Part shown: positions 42,608 through 53,360 of the stretch, piece after piece | How the letters are laid out: each line of letters starts with the position of its first letter | Position numbering within the stretch: the stretch's first letter is position 1 | Origin: an uncultured Verrucomicrobiae bacterium | Lineage (GTDB): Bacteria > Verrucomicrobiota > Verrucomicrobiia > Chthoniobacterales > UBA10450 | Length of the DNA stretch: 64,000 bases | Direction of reading: 5' to 3' | Assembly (NCBI GenBank): GCA_963801815.1 | Contig: CAWDGJ010000003.1 | Coordinates: 480,001-544,000, forward strand | Program-made: the position numbers and the translations under genes | The notes under the pieces: model-generated | What the model was told of the DNA's origin: nothing | The model's input: only the letters and a program-made list of their open reading frames with translations | Database searches by the model: none

Positions 42608-42909
42608 ATGGCCGAGCAAGCAACCCAACCAGTAGCACAACCACCGCCATTGCCGGCGAAATACACTCGCGCTGCGCGCAAGACGCGCGTCGGCGAAGTG
42701 ATTTCCGAGCGGGATGAACAAGACGATCGTCGTGCACACGGCGACGCGCGTGCCGCACCCGAAGTTCGGCAAGATCGTGAAGCAGATCGAAGTTTTACGC
42801 GCACGACGAGGAGAACAAGGCGAAGACCGGCGATACCGTGCGGATCATGGAGACGCGGCCGCTGAGCAAATTGAAACGCTGGCGATTGGTGGAGGTCCTC
42901 CAGAAGTAA
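42608..42909 (+). CDS. rpsQ: 30S ribosomal protein S17 (frameshifted)
   Basis: M.KTIVV, HPKFGK, AHDE.N, ETRPLSK.KRW. Confidence 0.93.
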
Positions 42910-42938
42910 AAAGGATTAAGAGGAAGAGGTAGATTTTA

Positions 42939-43304
42939 ATGGTTCAGATTAGATCCAGACTTGACGTGGCGGACAATACCGGCGCGCGCATGGCGACGAT
43001 GATCGGCGTGATCGGCAAGGCCACGCTTTACGCCGGGATCGGCGACGTCATCACCGCGAACGTGAAAGAAGCCAGCGCCACCGGCACGGTGAAGAAGGGC
43101 GAAGTGGTGCGCGCCGTTTTGGTTCGCACGCGGCAGCCGATTCGGCGCGATGACGGTTCGTTTCTGCGCTTCGACAACAACGCGATCGTGATCATCGACA
43201 AGGATTTGAATCCGCGCGGCACGCGCATTTTCGGCCCGGTCGCGCGCGAACTGCGCGAACGCAATTTCATGAAGATCGTTTCGCTCGCTCCGGAGGTTTT
43301 ATGA
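42939..43304 (+). CDS. rplN: 50S ribosomal protein L14
   Basis: [32 protein letters not shown]. Confidence 0.98.
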   Translation: MVQIRSRLDVADNTGARMATMIGVIGKATLYAGIGDVITANVKEASATGTVKKGEVVRAVLVRTRQPIRRDDGSFLRFDNNAIVIIDKDLNPRGTRIFGPVARELRERNFMKIVSLAPEVL

Positions 43305-43597
43305 ACCGGATCAAGTTTCACGTGAAAAAGGGCGACCAGGTCGAGGTGATCTCGGGGAACTTCAAAGGTTCCTCCGGCAAAATTCTCGAAGTGATGCCGA
43401 GCAAGCACCGCGTGCTGATCGAAGGCGTGCGGATGATCAAGAAGCATCTCCGCAAGTCGCAGGACAATCCGCAGGGCAAGATCGCCGAACGCGAAGGTCC
43501 GATTCACATTTCGAATGTGAAGTTGATCGAGCAAGAAAGCGGAAAAGAAAACCAAGACGAAGTCGAAGGAAAGAAGGCTGAGAAAAAGGCGGCGTAA
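43301..43597 (+). CDS. rplX: 50S ribosomal protein L24
   Basis: KKGD.V.VI.G..KG KOW motif, PIHISNV. Confidence 0.97.
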   Translation: MNRIKFHVKKGDQVEVISGNFKGSSGKILEVMPSKHRVLIEGVRMIKKHLRKSQDNPQGKIAEREGPIHISNVKLIEQESGKENQDEVEGKKAEKKAA

Positions 43598-44216
43598 TGG
43601 AAAACGAATTTTATCGCCAATACAAAGACCGAGTGATGCCCGCGCTGCGCGAACAGCACGGCTACAAGAACGTACACCAGATCCCGAAGCTCGAGAAGGT
43701 TGTGGTCAACACTTCGGTCGGCTCGCAGTCGGACGTGAAGCAGGCGCTGGAAGACGCCAAGGCCGAGCTGGCCTGATCACCGGCCAGAAGCCGGCCGAGA
43801 CGCGCGCCAAGAAAAGCATCGCAAATTTCAAGCTGCGCAAGGACCAGGCGATCGGCGCGAAGGTCACGCTGCGCGGCGAGCGGATGTACGAGTTCCTCGA
43901 GCGCCTGATCAAGGCCGCGCTGCCGCGCATTCGCGATTTTCGCGGAGTTTCGCCGCGCGGTTTCGACGGCCACGGCAACTACACGCTCGGCGTTTCCGAT
44001 CAGTCAATTTTTCCCGAGGTCGAGCTCGATAAAATCAAGCGCAACATCGGTTTTGATGTTACAATTGTGACCACCGCGCGGACGAACGAAGAGGCCAAGT
44101 CGCTTTTGAGCGAGATGGGAATGCCTTTCAGCGACCGGGCGAAAAAAGCCGCTGCGGCGGCCCCATCTGGCGGACCGGCTGAAGCGGCGCCTGAATTTCA
44201 TGAGTACCGTTACTGA
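43597..44216 (+). CDS. rplE: 50S ribosomal protein L5 (frameshifted)
   Basis: [34 protein letters not shown]. Confidence 0.96.
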
Positions 44217-44599
44217 TCCTATTGCCGATTTGCTCGCCCGCATGCGCAACGGCGCGCACGCGCAGAAGATGGAGATGTTTGTGCCGTACTCGAAGATCAA
44301 AGCCGAGATCGTTCGCATTTTGAAGGAGGAAGGCTACATCAGCGATTACGAGGTCGATACGAAAGCGGCGCATCCGCGGATCAAGATCACGAACAAATTG
44401 GTCGAATCGCACCAGCGCCATCACCGGTTTGAAGCGCGTGAGCCGGCCCGGTTTGCGCCGTTATGTCGGCGCGGACGAAATTCCGCGCGTGCTCGGCGGG
44501 ATGGGCACGGCGATTCTATCCACCTCGCGCGGCGTTATGTCGGGCCGCGAGGCGAAGAAACAAAAAGTCGGCGGCGAATTGCTCGCTTACGTCTGGTAA
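44200..44599 (+). CDS. rpsH: 30S ribosomal protein S8 (frameshifted)
   Basis: DPIAD.L.R.RN, L..EGYI, SRPGLR.Y, STSRG, GGEL. Confidence 0.95.
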
Positions 44600-44604
44600 T
44601 TATT

Positions 44605-45144
44605 ATGTCACGAATTGGAAATAAACCGGTCGAGATTCCGGACAAGGTCAAGGTGAACATCGACAATGATGGCGCAGTCTCGGTCGAAGGACCGAAAGGC
44701 AAGCTGAGCTGGAAATTGCCGCGCCAAATCAAGGGGAGTGTGACGGACAATCACGTCTCGCTCGCGCGCGACGCGGAAACGCGCAGCGTAAAGGCGTTGC
44801 ACGGTCTTTCCCGCGCGCTCGTGCACAACATGGTCGTGGGCGTGAGCGAAGGTTTTACCAAAAACCTCGAGATCGAAGGCGTCGGATTCAAAGCCGCGGT
44901 CCAGGGGCAAAATCTCAATCTGAGTCTCGGCTTTTCGCACCCGATTCTCTTTCCAATTCCGAAGGACATCAAAATCACCGTGACCGACAACACGAAGATC
45001 TCGATTCAGGGCGCGGACAAGAAAGTTGTCGGCCAGGTCGCCGCGGACATTCGCCGCTATTACCCGCCGGAGCCTTACAAGGGCAAAGGCGTTCGTTACG
45101 CCGGCGAACAGATCCGCCGCAAGGAAGGCAAGACGGTCCAGTAA
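44605..45144 (+). CDS. rplF: 50S ribosomal protein L6
   Basis: [23 protein letters not shown]. Confidence 0.98.
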   Translation: MSRIGNKPVEIPDKVKVNIDNDGAVSVEGPKGKLSWKLPRQIKGSVTDNHVSLARDAETRSVKALHGLSRALVHNMVVGVSEGFTKNLEIEGVGFKAAVQGQNLNLSLGFSHPILFPIPKDIKITVTDNTKISIQGADKKVVGQVAADIRRYYPPEPYKGKGVRYAGEQIRRKEGKTVQ

Positions 45145-45148
45145 TTTT

Positions 45149-45514
45149 ATGGCGACGTTTAATCGAAAAGCAGCTCGGCAGCGATTGCATCAGCGCATCC
45201 GTAAAAAAGTTTCCGGCACGGCCGCGCGTCCGCGTTTGTCGATCTATTTTTCCGGCAAGCACGTTTACGCGCAGGTCATCGACGACGATGCCGGCAAGAC
45301 TTTGACTGCGGCTTCGACGACGGAGAAGACCGTCCTCGGCAAGAGTAAACCGGGCGCCAATCGCGCCAGCGCCGAGGTTGTCGGCAAAACGATCGCCGAG
45401 CGCGCGCGCGGCAAAAAAATCGAGAACGTGGTATTTGATCGCGGCGGATTTCAATATCACGGCAAAGTGAAAGCACTGGCCGACGCAGCGCGCGAAGGCG
45501 GATTAAAGTTTTAA
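45149..45514 (+). CDS. rplR: 50S ribosomal protein L18
   Basis: GT..RPRL, YAQVIDD, FDRGG..YHG.V. Confidence 0.97.
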   Translation: MATFNRKAARQRLHQRIRKKVSGTAARPRLSIYFSGKHVYAQVIDDDAGKTLTAASTTEKTVLGKSKPGANRASAEVVGKTIAERARGKKIENVVFDRGGFQYHGKVKALADAAREGGLKF

Positions 45515-45518
45515 ATTC

Positions 45519-46079
45519 ATGGCTCAAGGACCTCCAAACAGACGACAAGACCGCGGCACCGATAAGGCGCCCGCAAAAAAAGGCGACACGACCGAGAAGG
45601 TCGTGTTCATCAATCGTTGCGCCAAAGTCGTGAAAGGCGGCCGTCGTTTCAGCTTTAGCGCGCTGATCGTGGCCGGCGATCACGACGGCACGGTCGGCGT
45701 CGGATTCGGAAAGGCGAACGAAGTCTCGGAAGCGATTCGCAAAGCGTCCGACGCCGCGAAGAAATCGATGGAAAAAGTTTCGCTCCACGAAAACACCATT
45801 CCGCACGAAGCGATCGGCGAATTTGGTGGCGGCCGTGTGCTGTTGCGGCCGGCGTCGCCCGGAACAGGCGTCATCGCCGGCGGCGGCGTGCGAGCGGTGG
45901 TCGAAGCAGTCGGGATTCGCGACGTGCTCGCGAAATCGCTCGGCTCGAGCAATCACGCCAACGTGGTGAAGGCGACGATCGCGGCGCTGCAATCGTTGCG
46001 GCGCAAAGATGAAATTTTGAAGATTCGCGGAATCAAAGGCGGCGATGGAAAAGCGACCGCGGCACAAGCACAGTCATGA
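45519..46079 (+). CDS. rpsE: 30S ribosomal protein S5
   Basis: [27 protein letters not shown]. Confidence 0.98.
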   Translation: MAQGPPNRRQDRGTDKAPAKKGDTTEKVVFINRCAKVVKGGRRFSFSALIVAGDHDGTVGVGFGKANEVSEAIRKASDAAKKSMEKVSLHENTIPHEAIGEFGGGRVLLRPASPGTGVIAGGGVRAVVEAVGIRDVLAKSLGSSNHANVVKATIAALQSLRRKDEILKIRGIKGGDGKATAAQAQS

Positions 46080-46645
46080 TGCGGTTACATAATCTCCGAC
46101 CGCGTCCCGGCTCGCGTCATCGCGTGAAGCGACTCGGTTGCGGCGAAAGCTCCGGTCACGGAAAGACCAGCGGCAAAGGCCACAAGGGCCAGAAAGCGCG
46201 CTCGGGCGGCAGCATTCGGCTCGGATTTGAAGGCGGCCAGATGCCGTTGATCCGACGTTTGCCAAAGCGCGGATTCAACAACGCCGCGTTTCAAAACCAC
46301 TACGCGATCGTAAACTTGAGCGATCTGAGCGAGTTTAAGGCCGGTACCGTCGTGAACGAAGAGCTGCTGCGCGAATCCAAACTCATTCGCGGCAACATCG
46401 CGGGAATAAAGATTCTCGGCGATGGCGAATTGAAACACGCCCTGACGATCGAGGCGGACAAAGTGAGCGAATCGGCCAACGCGAAGATCGAGAAAGCCGG
46501 TGGAACCGTCACGATGCGGGACCGCAGTGCGGAGAAGGCCAAGGCGGAGAGCCGTGACCAAGTGGCGAAGGAGTCCGCCGCACCCGCGCCGAAGAAGAGA
46601 TCGACATCCGCATCGAAGACGCAGAAGAAGACTTCCCGGAAATAG
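46076..46645 (+). CDS. rplO: 50S ribosomal protein L15 with basic tail
   Basis: [31 protein letters not shown]. Confidence 0.97.
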   Translation: MMRLHNLRPRPGSRHRVKRLGCGESSGHGKTSGKGHKGQKARSGGSIRLGFEGGQMPLIRRLPKRGFNNAAFQNHYAIVNLSDLSEFKAGTVVNEELLRESKLIRGNIAGIKILGDGELKHALTIEADKVSESANAKIEKAGGTVTMRDRSAEKAKAESRDQVAKESAAPAPKKRSTSASKTQKKTSRK

Positions 46646-46654
46646 TTTTCGGAA

Positions 46655-48162
46655 ATGGTTTCGGCCTTTCTCAACACGGTCAAAATACCGGAGCTGCGCC
46701 GGCGAATTCTGTTCACGCTCGCCGTGATCGTGATCGTCCGACTGGGCGCGGCCATCACGACTCCAGGCGTTAACCAGGCCGTCTTGCAGGAATGGTTTCG
46801 CAGCGCGTTGACCGAAAAATCCGGCGGCAGTCTCGGCGCTCTTCTGAATCTGTTCAGCGGCGGCGCGCTGGAAAACTGCGCGATCTTTTCGCTCGGCATC
46901 ATGCCTTACATCAGCGCGTCGATCATGATGCAGTTGCTGACGGCGGTGATTCCGCAGCTCGGAAGACTCGCGCGCGAAGACGGCGGCCGGCAGAAGATCA
47001 TGCAATACACGCGGTTCATGACCGTCGGTCTTTGCGTTTTCCAAGGCTACCTGCTCGCGATTTCGTTCCAGCATCCGGAATCGTATCACATCGCGTTGCC
47101 CGGAATCACGGAAACGATCGCGCGGCTGGGAATTCCACTGGTCGACGATCCCGGATGGGTGTTTCGTATCGTGACGGTGATTTCGCTCACCACGGGCACG
47201 CTGTTGCTGATGTGGCTGGGCGATCAAATCACCGAGCGCGGAATCGGCAACGGTATTTCGTTGATCATTACGATCGGCATCGTCGCGCGCTTGCCCGCGG
47301 CGTTGGCACAGGCGTGGAAAACTTTCGTGCCGTCCGCGGCAACCGGGACAAGTCAGGTAAATCCGGCGATTCTGGTGTTGATGGTGGCGTTCTTCTTCAT
47401 CGTGATCGCGGCGTCATCGCGATCACGCAGGCCGTGCGAAAGATCACCGTGCAGTACGCCAAGCGCGTCGTCGGCCGGAAGCTGTATGGCGGCCAGACGC
47501 AATACATGCCGTTGAAGGTGAATTACGCGGGCGTCATGCCGATCATCTTCGCGTGGGCGCTCTTGTTGTTCCCCAATCAGATCGTGAGCTGGGCTTTCCG
47601 AACAGCCCGACCGCCGCGCCAGATTTCGGAAATGCTGTCCACCGGTTGGCTGCATTACGTGGTTCTGGCGGCGATGATTTTCTTCTTCAGCTATTTCTGG
47701 GTCGCGACGCAGTTCCAGCCGTCGCAGATTGCGGACGATCTGAAAAAATACGGCGGCTACATTCCGGGCGTGCGTCCGGGCAAACCGACTGCGGATTTTC
47801 TCGATTTCACGATGACGCGACTGACCTTTGCGGGCGCGATTTTCTTGACGATGATTGCCATTCTTCCCAGTTTGTTGAGTCAGAGTCTGCATGTTCCACA
47901 AGTGACCGCGCAATTTTTCGGCGGCACCAGCTTGCTGATTATCGTGGGCGTGATTCTCGACACGATGCGCCAGGTAGAGACGCATCTGATCCAGCGGCAT
48001 TACGACGGCTTCTTGCGCAAAGGTCGCGTGCGCGGAGGCTTTACCGGTCGGTCGGCGTATGCGCGCGGCGAAGCGGCGGCGCAGGGTACACTGATGTGGC
48101 TTTATGTCGGCATCGCCATCCTTGTAATTGGCGGGGTTGCCGCGTTTTTGGCGTCGAAGTGA
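46655..48162 (+). CDS. secY: Preprotein translocase subunit SecY (one frameshift near 47410; extra C-terminal hydrophobic helix)
   Basis: LGIMPYISASI..QL, GIGNG.S, AGV.PIIFA, IPG.RPG, GGTSLLI.V. Confidence 0.97.
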
Positions 48163-48818
48163 AGCGGCGACTCGTTCTACTCGGCGCTCCCGGTTCCGGA
48201 AAAGGAACTCAGGCGGAAATGATCACCCGTCAATTCGGAATTCCGGTTACTTCGCCCGGAGCGATTCTGCGCCGCGAAAAAGATTTGGACACACCGCTCG
48301 GCCTGGGGACGGCGGAGATCCTGCAGCGCGGCGACCTCGTGCCTGACAAAATTATCGTGAAGCTGATTGAAGACTGGCTGCACTTGCACGGTGGTTACGG
48401 ATTTGTGTTCGACGGATTTCCGCGGACGTTGCCGCAGGCGGAAAGTCTCGCGTCGATTTTGAAAAGCCTGAAGACTTCGTTAGAGGCCGCGATCTGGCTC
48501 GACGTATCGGAAGACACGGTGCGTTCGCGAATTTCCGGCCGTCTGCAATGCCGTACCTGCGGATTTACGACGAGCGTGGACAGCGCTCAGTTTGCTGATC
48601 GGCCGATATGTCCGTATTGCGAGGGCCGTCTCGAACGCCGCAGCGACGATGACGATGGAGTGCTGCAACAGCGCTTGCGTGAATACAATACCAAGACGCA
48701 GCCGTTGGCGGATTATTACGGAAAAGTGTCGATCCTGCGGAAAATTGATGGCAATCGCGACCGGGAAGCGGTGTTTGCCGATATATCGCGCATCATCGAG
48801 GACAAGGTAGCGGCATGA
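48159..48818 (+). CDS. adk: Adenylate kinase with Zn-binding LID
   Basis: GAPGSGKGT, DGFPRT, CxxC...CxxC, R.DD. Confidence 0.95.
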   Translation: MKRRLVLLGAPGSGKGTQAEMITRQFGIPVTSPGAILRREKDLDTPLGLGTAEILQRGDLVPDKIIVKLIEDWLHLHGGYGFVFDGFPRTLPQAESLASILKSLKTSLEAAIWLDVSEDTVRSRISGRLQCRTCGFTTSVDSAQFADRPICPYCEGRLERRSDDDDGVLQQRLREYNTKTQPLADYYGKVSILRKIDGNRDREAVFADISRIIEDKVAA

Positions 48819-49591
48819 TTCCAATCAAGAACGCGAAGGAAATCGAGAAGATGCGGCAATCATGCCGGACTGCGAGCGAGATTCTCGATCGCGTGAGCGA
48901 GTTGATTCGTCCGGGGATCACCACCAAGGAAGTGGATGAAGCTGCGGCCGATTTCATGAACGAAGCGAAAGTGAAGAGCGCGTTTCTCGGCTATCGACTC
49001 GGCCATCGCGTTTTCCCCGGAAACATCTGCATTTCACTGAATGACGAAGTCGTGCACGGAATCGGCAGCCAGCGGCGGATCCAGTATGGCGACATCGTCA
49101 AGCTCGACATCGGCGTGATCCAGGATGGTTGGGTGGGGGACACCGCTCAAACCATTCCCGTCGGAATGGTCGATGAACGCACCGACCAATTGCTGCGCGT
49201 GACGGAGAAAGCGCTGGAGCGCGCGATCAGTGTGGCCAGTGAAGGCCGGCGTCTGGGCGACATTTGCGCGGAGATTGAAGATGAAGCGTCGCAAAATCGG
49301 TTTTCGGTGGTGCGCGAATTTGTTGGCCACGGCGTGGGCCGCAAATTGCACGAGGAACCGCAGATCCCGAACTACGGGCGACGCGGCAGCGGTCCGAAAT
49401 TGAAAGCCGGCATGACGCTCGCGATCGAACCGATGATCAATATCGGCGGACCGGATGTCCGCCTGCTCGATGACGGCTGGACCGTGCGCACGGCTGACGG
49501 AACTCGGTCGGCCCATTTCGAACATACGGTCCTGATTACCAAGGATGAGCCCGAAATCCTGACATGGCGCGGAAAGACGCAATTGAAGTAG
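48815..49591 (+). CDS. map: Methionine aminopeptidase type I
   Basis: CIS.N..VVHGI, GHG.G, AIEPM, AHFEHT. Confidence 0.97.
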   Translation: MIPIKNAKEIEKMRQSCRTASEILDRVSELIRPGITTKEVDEAAADFMNEAKVKSAFLGYRLGHRVFPGNICISLNDEVVHGIGSQRRIQYGDIVKLDIGVIQDGWVGDTAQTIPVGMVDERTDQLLRVTEKALERAISVASEGRRLGDICAEIEDEASQNRFSVVREFVGHGVGRKLHEEPQIPNYGRRGSGPKLKAGMTLAIEPMINIGGPDVRLLDDGWTVRTADGTRSAHFEHTVLITKDEPEILTWRGKTQLK

Positions 49592-49782
49592 AAGGCACTG
49601 TCGTCGAGCTGCTTCCGAATACCATGTTTCGGGTCGAGCTGCCGAATGGCCACCGGGTCCTGGCCCACATTTCGGGCAAAATGCGCCTCCATTTCATTCG
49701 TATCTTGCCAGGCGACAAAGTTATGCTAGAGGTATCTCCCTACGATTTGTCGAAGGGGCGGATCACCTTCCGCCAGAAGTGA
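49564..49782 (+). CDS. infA: Translation initiation factor IF-1
   Basis: LPN.MF.V.L.NG, SGKMR, SPYDL.KGRI. Confidence 0.98.
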   Translation: MARKDAIEVEGTVVELLPNTMFRVELPNGHRVLAHISGKMRLHFIRILPGDKVMLEVSPYDLSKGRITFRQK

Positions 49783-49783
49783 C

Positions 49784-49813
49784 AACGCGGATATGGCTCC
49801 GCGTTTTTTGTTT
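49784..49813 (+). terminator. Intrinsic terminator-like hairpin between infA and rpmJ
   Basis: AACGCGGA-TATGGC-TCCGCGTT followed by TTTTGTTT. Confidence 0.6.
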
Positions 49814-49821
49814 CGACCAAA

Positions 49822-49935
49822 ATGAAAGTACGACCCTCAGTTAAAAGACTTTGTGAAAGTTGTAAAATCGTGAAGCGCAAGAATGTGGTTCGCGTGATTT
49901 GCAAGAATCCGCGTCACAAACAGCGCCAGGGATAA
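49822..49935 (+). CDS. rpmJ: 50S ribosomal protein L36 (Zn-binding type; below ORF-track cutoff)
   Basis: [37 protein letters not shown]. Confidence 0.98.
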   Translation: MKVRPSVKRLCESCKIVKRKNVVRVICKNPRHKQRQG

Positions 49936-49972
49936 GAGCAGTGACGTGTAACAAGTGACAAGAATTTAGAAT

Positions 49973-50368
49973 ATGCCGAGACTACTAGGAGTTGAAATTC
50001 CAGCGGATAAGCGCATCGAAGCGTCGCTGACCTACATTTACGGGATCGGTTTCAGCACCGCGCGGAAAATTCTGGAGCAGACAAACATCGATCCGAATCT
50101 GCGCGCCAACAAACTGACGCCGCAGCAGATCAACGAAATCATTCACGCGATCACGAACAACAAACTCAAGATCGAGGGCGATCTTCGCCGCGACATCCAG
50201 GGAAATCTAAAGCGGTTGCAGGCGATCAATTGTTATCGCGGTCAACGTCATCGTCGCGGATTGCCCGTGCGAGGCCAGCGAACGTCGACCAACGCGCGCA
50301 CGCGTAAGGGTCCGCGCAAGACCGTCGGCGTGATCCGCAATCCGGAAGCTAAAGCAGGAAAAGTTTAA
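49973..50368 (+). CDS. rpsM: 30S ribosomal protein S13
   Basis: [36 protein letters not shown]. Confidence 0.98.
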   Translation: MPRLLGVEIPADKRIEASLTYIYGIGFSTARKILEQTNIDPNLRANKLTPQQINEIIHAITNNKLKIEGDLRRDIQGNLKRLQAINCYRGQRHRRGLPVRGQRTSTNARTRKGPRKTVGVIRNPEAKAGKV

Positions 50369-50370
50369 AA

Positions 50371-51018
50371 ATGGCCGAACACAAGAAACCAGCGAAGGCG
50401 AAGGACGAGAAGCCGAAGGCGGCGAAAGAGGAAAAGCCGAAGCAGGCGAAGCCCGAAGAACACACTCCGGCTGCTGAAGCAAAGACAGAACAAACCGCCG
50501 CGCCGGCTACCGAGAGTCAAGCTCCGGTCGCGGCGGAAGCGAAGCCAGCCAAGAAACCGGCGAAGCCGGCTAAGTCGGAAACTCCGGCAGCTGCCGCGCC
50601 TCGCGAAAATCTTTCACTCGACGCGGACGACGTCGAGAAACCGAAAATCGTTAAGGCAAAAGGTGCAAAGAACATCCACACCGGCATCGCCCACGTTTTC
50701 GCGACTTTTAACAACACGATCGTCACGATCACCGATTTGAACGGAAACGTGATTGGCTGGTCGAGCGCGGGCAAAGTTGGATTCAAAGGCTCGCGCAAAA
50801 GCACGGCCTACGCGGCGCAGCTCGTCGCGCAGGACGCGTCGCGGCAGGCGATGGGTCACGGACTTAAGGAAGTTGAGGTTCTTGTGAAAGGACCAGGCGC
50901 CGGACGCGAATCAGCTGTTCGCGCCCTTCAGGCGATTGGTCTCGATCTCACTCTGATTCGCGACGTCACGCCGGTTCCGCACAATGGTTGCCGCCCACCG
51001 AAACAACGCCGGGTCTAA
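50371..51018 (+). CDS. rpsK: 30S ribosomal protein S11 with long K/A/P/E N-terminal extension
   Basis: [33 protein letters not shown]. Confidence 0.97.
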   Translation: MAEHKKPAKAKDEKPKAAKEEKPKQAKPEEHTPAAEAKTEQTAAPATESQAPVAAEAKPAKKPAKPAKSETPAAAAPRENLSLDADDVEKPKIVKAKGAKNIHTGIAHVFATFNNTIVTITDLNGNVIGWSSAGKVGFKGSRKSTAYAAQLVAQDASRQAMGHGLKEVEVLVKGPGAGRESAVRALQAIGLDLTLIRDVTPVPHNGCRPPKQRRV

Positions 51019-51047
51019 ATTGTTTTCTACTTTCTAATTTTCTTCAC

Positions 51048-51659
51048 ATGGGCAGATATACTGGACCGAAAACAAAAGTCAGCCGCCGTTACGGCGTGCA
51101 GATTTTTGGACCATCGAAATCGCTCGAGCGGAAAAATTATCCGCCGGGGATGCATGGGCCAAAAGGCTCGCGTCGCAAGCAATCGGAATACGCCATCGCT
51201 CTCGGCGAGAAACAGAAGCTTCGTTATCAATACGGTCTGCTCGAGCGCCAGTTCCGTCGGATTTTCCAGCACGCTCTGCGCAAACGCGGCGTGACCGGTG
51301 AAACGTTGCTTCAACTGCTCGAAACGCGGCTCGACAACGTGATTTACCGGCTTGGGTTCGCCAATACGCGCAATGCCGCGCGCCAGCTCGTCTCGCACGG
51401 TCACGTCCAGGTCAACGGCCGCGGCGTCAACGTTGCCTCCTACAACGTGAAAGCCGGCGACGAGGTCGCGATCAAGGACAAACCTAAATCGCGGCAGCTT
51501 GCGGTCCGCAATCTTGAGCTCACCCAAATTGTTCCGGTTCCGGATTGGCTGACCGTTGATCGCGACGGGCTCAAAGGAAAAGTTGCCCACATTCCGTCGC
51601 GCGAAGAAATGCAACCGATCGTCAACGAACAGTTGATCGTCGAGTTGTACTCGCGGTAA
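51048..51659 (+). CDS. rpsD: 30S ribosomal protein S4
   Basis: RYTGP, PG.HG, EKQK.R..YG..E.QF, LE.RLDN, VE.YSR. Confidence 0.98.
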   Translation: MGRYTGPKTKVSRRYGVQIFGPSKSLERKNYPPGMHGPKGSRRKQSEYAIALGEKQKLRYQYGLLERQFRRIFQHALRKRGVTGETLLQLLETRLDNVIYRLGFANTRNAARQLVSHGHVQVNGRGVNVASYNVKAGDEVAIKDKPKSRQLAVRNLELTQIVPVPDWLTVDRDGLKGKVAHIPSREEMQPIVNEQLIVELYSR

Positions 51660-51677
51660 GCGAGCATCCTAATCGTC

Positions 51678-51923
51678 TTAGGAATGTGACGGCGAGCATC
51701 CCTCCAGCAATTCGAGGGCTTTGTCGTAGCTCTTGCGCTGGAGAAAATGGGCGAGCTCTGGGTCAATCGGTTTTGGCAGGGCGGCGGCGAGATTGTCGAT
51801 CTTCTCTGAAACGGTGCGAAGTCGCGCCATGTGCTTTTCTGGATCGCTACGGCTGTTATCATCGCGAATGATGGCGAGTCGTTCGCGAAGTGCAGCGACG
51901 AGTTCAGAAGTCGTGTGTTGCAT
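51678..51923 (-). CDS. Small helical hypothetical protein
   Basis: 81-aa ORF from ATG 51923 ending ...L.HFL.R.SY.KAL..LE. Confidence 0.65.
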   Translation of the reverse strand: MQHTTSELVAALRERLAIIRDDNSRSDPEKHMARLRTVSEKIDNLAAALPKPIDPELAHFLQRKSYDKALELLEGCSPSHS

Positions 51924-52070
51924 GCTCTTCCTAACCAGGAATGGTGAGTCTACATGAATAAACTTTAGTCGCCCCACGCTGTCGAGGGGCTGTTCCTTTT
52001 CACGGCGAGGGAGCGGTCGTAGCAACAAATCGTTCGTGTTCATTCGTAAATTCGTGGTTAAATCTCGGGC

Positions 52071-52490
52071 GTGGCGGTTGAGGCCAAACGATTCCTGATG
52101 GTCGATGACGACGTCGCGCTGCTGCGGGTCGTGCGCGAAGCGTTGCTGGCGACGTTGAATTGCGAAGTCGATACTTCGCCCCAACCGGAGTACGGCTTTG
52201 AGCTCGCGTTGAGGAAAAAATACGACCTGTTCATCTTCGATTTCCAAATGCCGATGATCGATGGAGCAATGTTATTCTTCCTTCTCGGCAAGGTTTATCA
52301 AAACATCGAACCGATCCGGGACGTGCCGCCGCTGATTCTCGTTTCCGGTAAAGCCGAAGAAAAACGCGCGCAGGAATTACTTAAAGAGCCGGGCGTGGCC
52401 GGGTTGATCGCAAAACCGTTCGCGATCAACCGGCTGGTGGACAAAATCAAAGAGTGTTTGCCGGGCACCCAATTCTCGACCCCGGTATAG
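52071..52490 (+). CDS. Stand-alone response regulator receiver
   Basis: VDDD, phospho-acceptor in IFDFQMP, SG, KPF. Confidence 0.9.
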   Translation: MAVEAKRFLMVDDDVALLRVVREALLATLNCEVDTSPQPEYGFELALRKKYDLFIFDFQMPMIDGAMLFFLLGKVYQNIEPIRDVPPLILVSGKAEEKRAQELLKEPGVAGLIAKPFAINRLVDKIKECLPGTQFSTPV

Positions 52491-52531
52491 GCGGACCTAA
52501 GATTCTAAAGGGACCCACCGCTGCTGCAGCT

Positions 52532-52831
52532 TTAGTGGCGAATTTCCGCCAGGAGCTGTCGTTTCGCTTCGAGCCAGTCTGAATTTGCGTCGCCGGGCAG
52601 ATCGAATCGGCGCCGGCGCTCGGAAATGAAATAGGCGCGCATCTCGATTTGCGCATCGGTTGGATCGAACCCACTTGCGGGTACTGGCGCCCCCTGCGCT
52701 TCAGTTTTGCCACCAGCAGGTTTCTTTGGCACCATAGCCTTTTTCGCCTTGGCGGGTCTCGATTTTCCGCCTGCCTTTACTTTGCTTACTTTGCCGGCCG
52801 CCGCCGCGTCGACCTTGCTTTTCTTTGCCAC
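52532..52831 (-). CDS. DUF2934-like protein with Lys/Ala-rich N-terminus
   Basis: I..RAY.I.E.R......A..DW.EA...L pattern. Confidence 0.8.
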   Translation of the reverse strand: MAKKSKVDAAAAGKVSKVKAGGKSRPAKAKKAMVPKKPAGGKTEAQGAPVPASGFDPTDAQIEMRAYFISERRRRFDLPGDANSDWLEAKRQLLAEIRH

Positions 52832-52936
52832 AACTCAAAATCCTCCCTGAATTACGCTTTAGCGAAGGCAGTTAGATTGACAAGTGGTTTGTCGAACGCA
52901 CTTGGCGAGAACGCTAATTTTCAATACCTTCGTCTC

Positions 52937-53353
52937 ATGCGGCATTTCGTCTTTCGCTGGTTCATCACTGCCTTCGCTGTCTTCGTGGCAGCGAACATTG
53001 TGGGGATGGGTTACACAGGAATCGGTTGCCTGCTGGGCGCCTCGCTCCTGCTCGGAATCATCAACGCGTTTGTCAGGCCGATTCTGCTCTTCCTCAGTAT
53101 TCCGTTCATCCTGGTGACGCTGGGCTTTTTCATTTTGATCATCAACGCGCTGATGCTGAAGCTGGTCAGCGAAATAGTGCCTTGTTTTCAAGTGCACGGT
53201 TTTTGGCGCGCAATATTTGGCGCGATCATCATCTCGTTCGTCAGCTGGCTGCTCAGCGCGTTTTTCCGCGGTAGCGACGGACGGGTGCATGTTTTAACGC
53301 ATCACAGTCAGATTAAACAGGTTCGGGGCCGTGTAATTGAACCCGGCGAATAA
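52937..53353 (+). CDS. 4-TM phage-holin-family (YvlD-like) membrane protein
   Basis: N..VRP.L..L..P....TLG.F...IN motif. Confidence 0.85.
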   Translation: MRHFVFRWFITAFAVFVAANIVGMGYTGIGCLLGASLLLGIINAFVRPILLFLSIPFILVTLGFFILIINALMLKLVSEIVPCFQVHGFWRAIFGAIIISFVSWLLSAFFRGSDGRVHVLTHHSQIKQVRGRVIEPGE

Positions 53354-53360
53354 GGCGGGG

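Noticed and set aside
38443..45144. Apparent fusions L23-L2, L16-L29, S8-L6 (and EF-G-S10 in the ORF track)
   Set aside because: Produced by frameshift read-through; each downstream gene has its own ATG and the upstream gene a proper stop in another frame
52937..53353. Holin as evidence of a prophage
   Set aside because: This family is common in chromosomal contexts; no lysin, structural or integrase genes nearby
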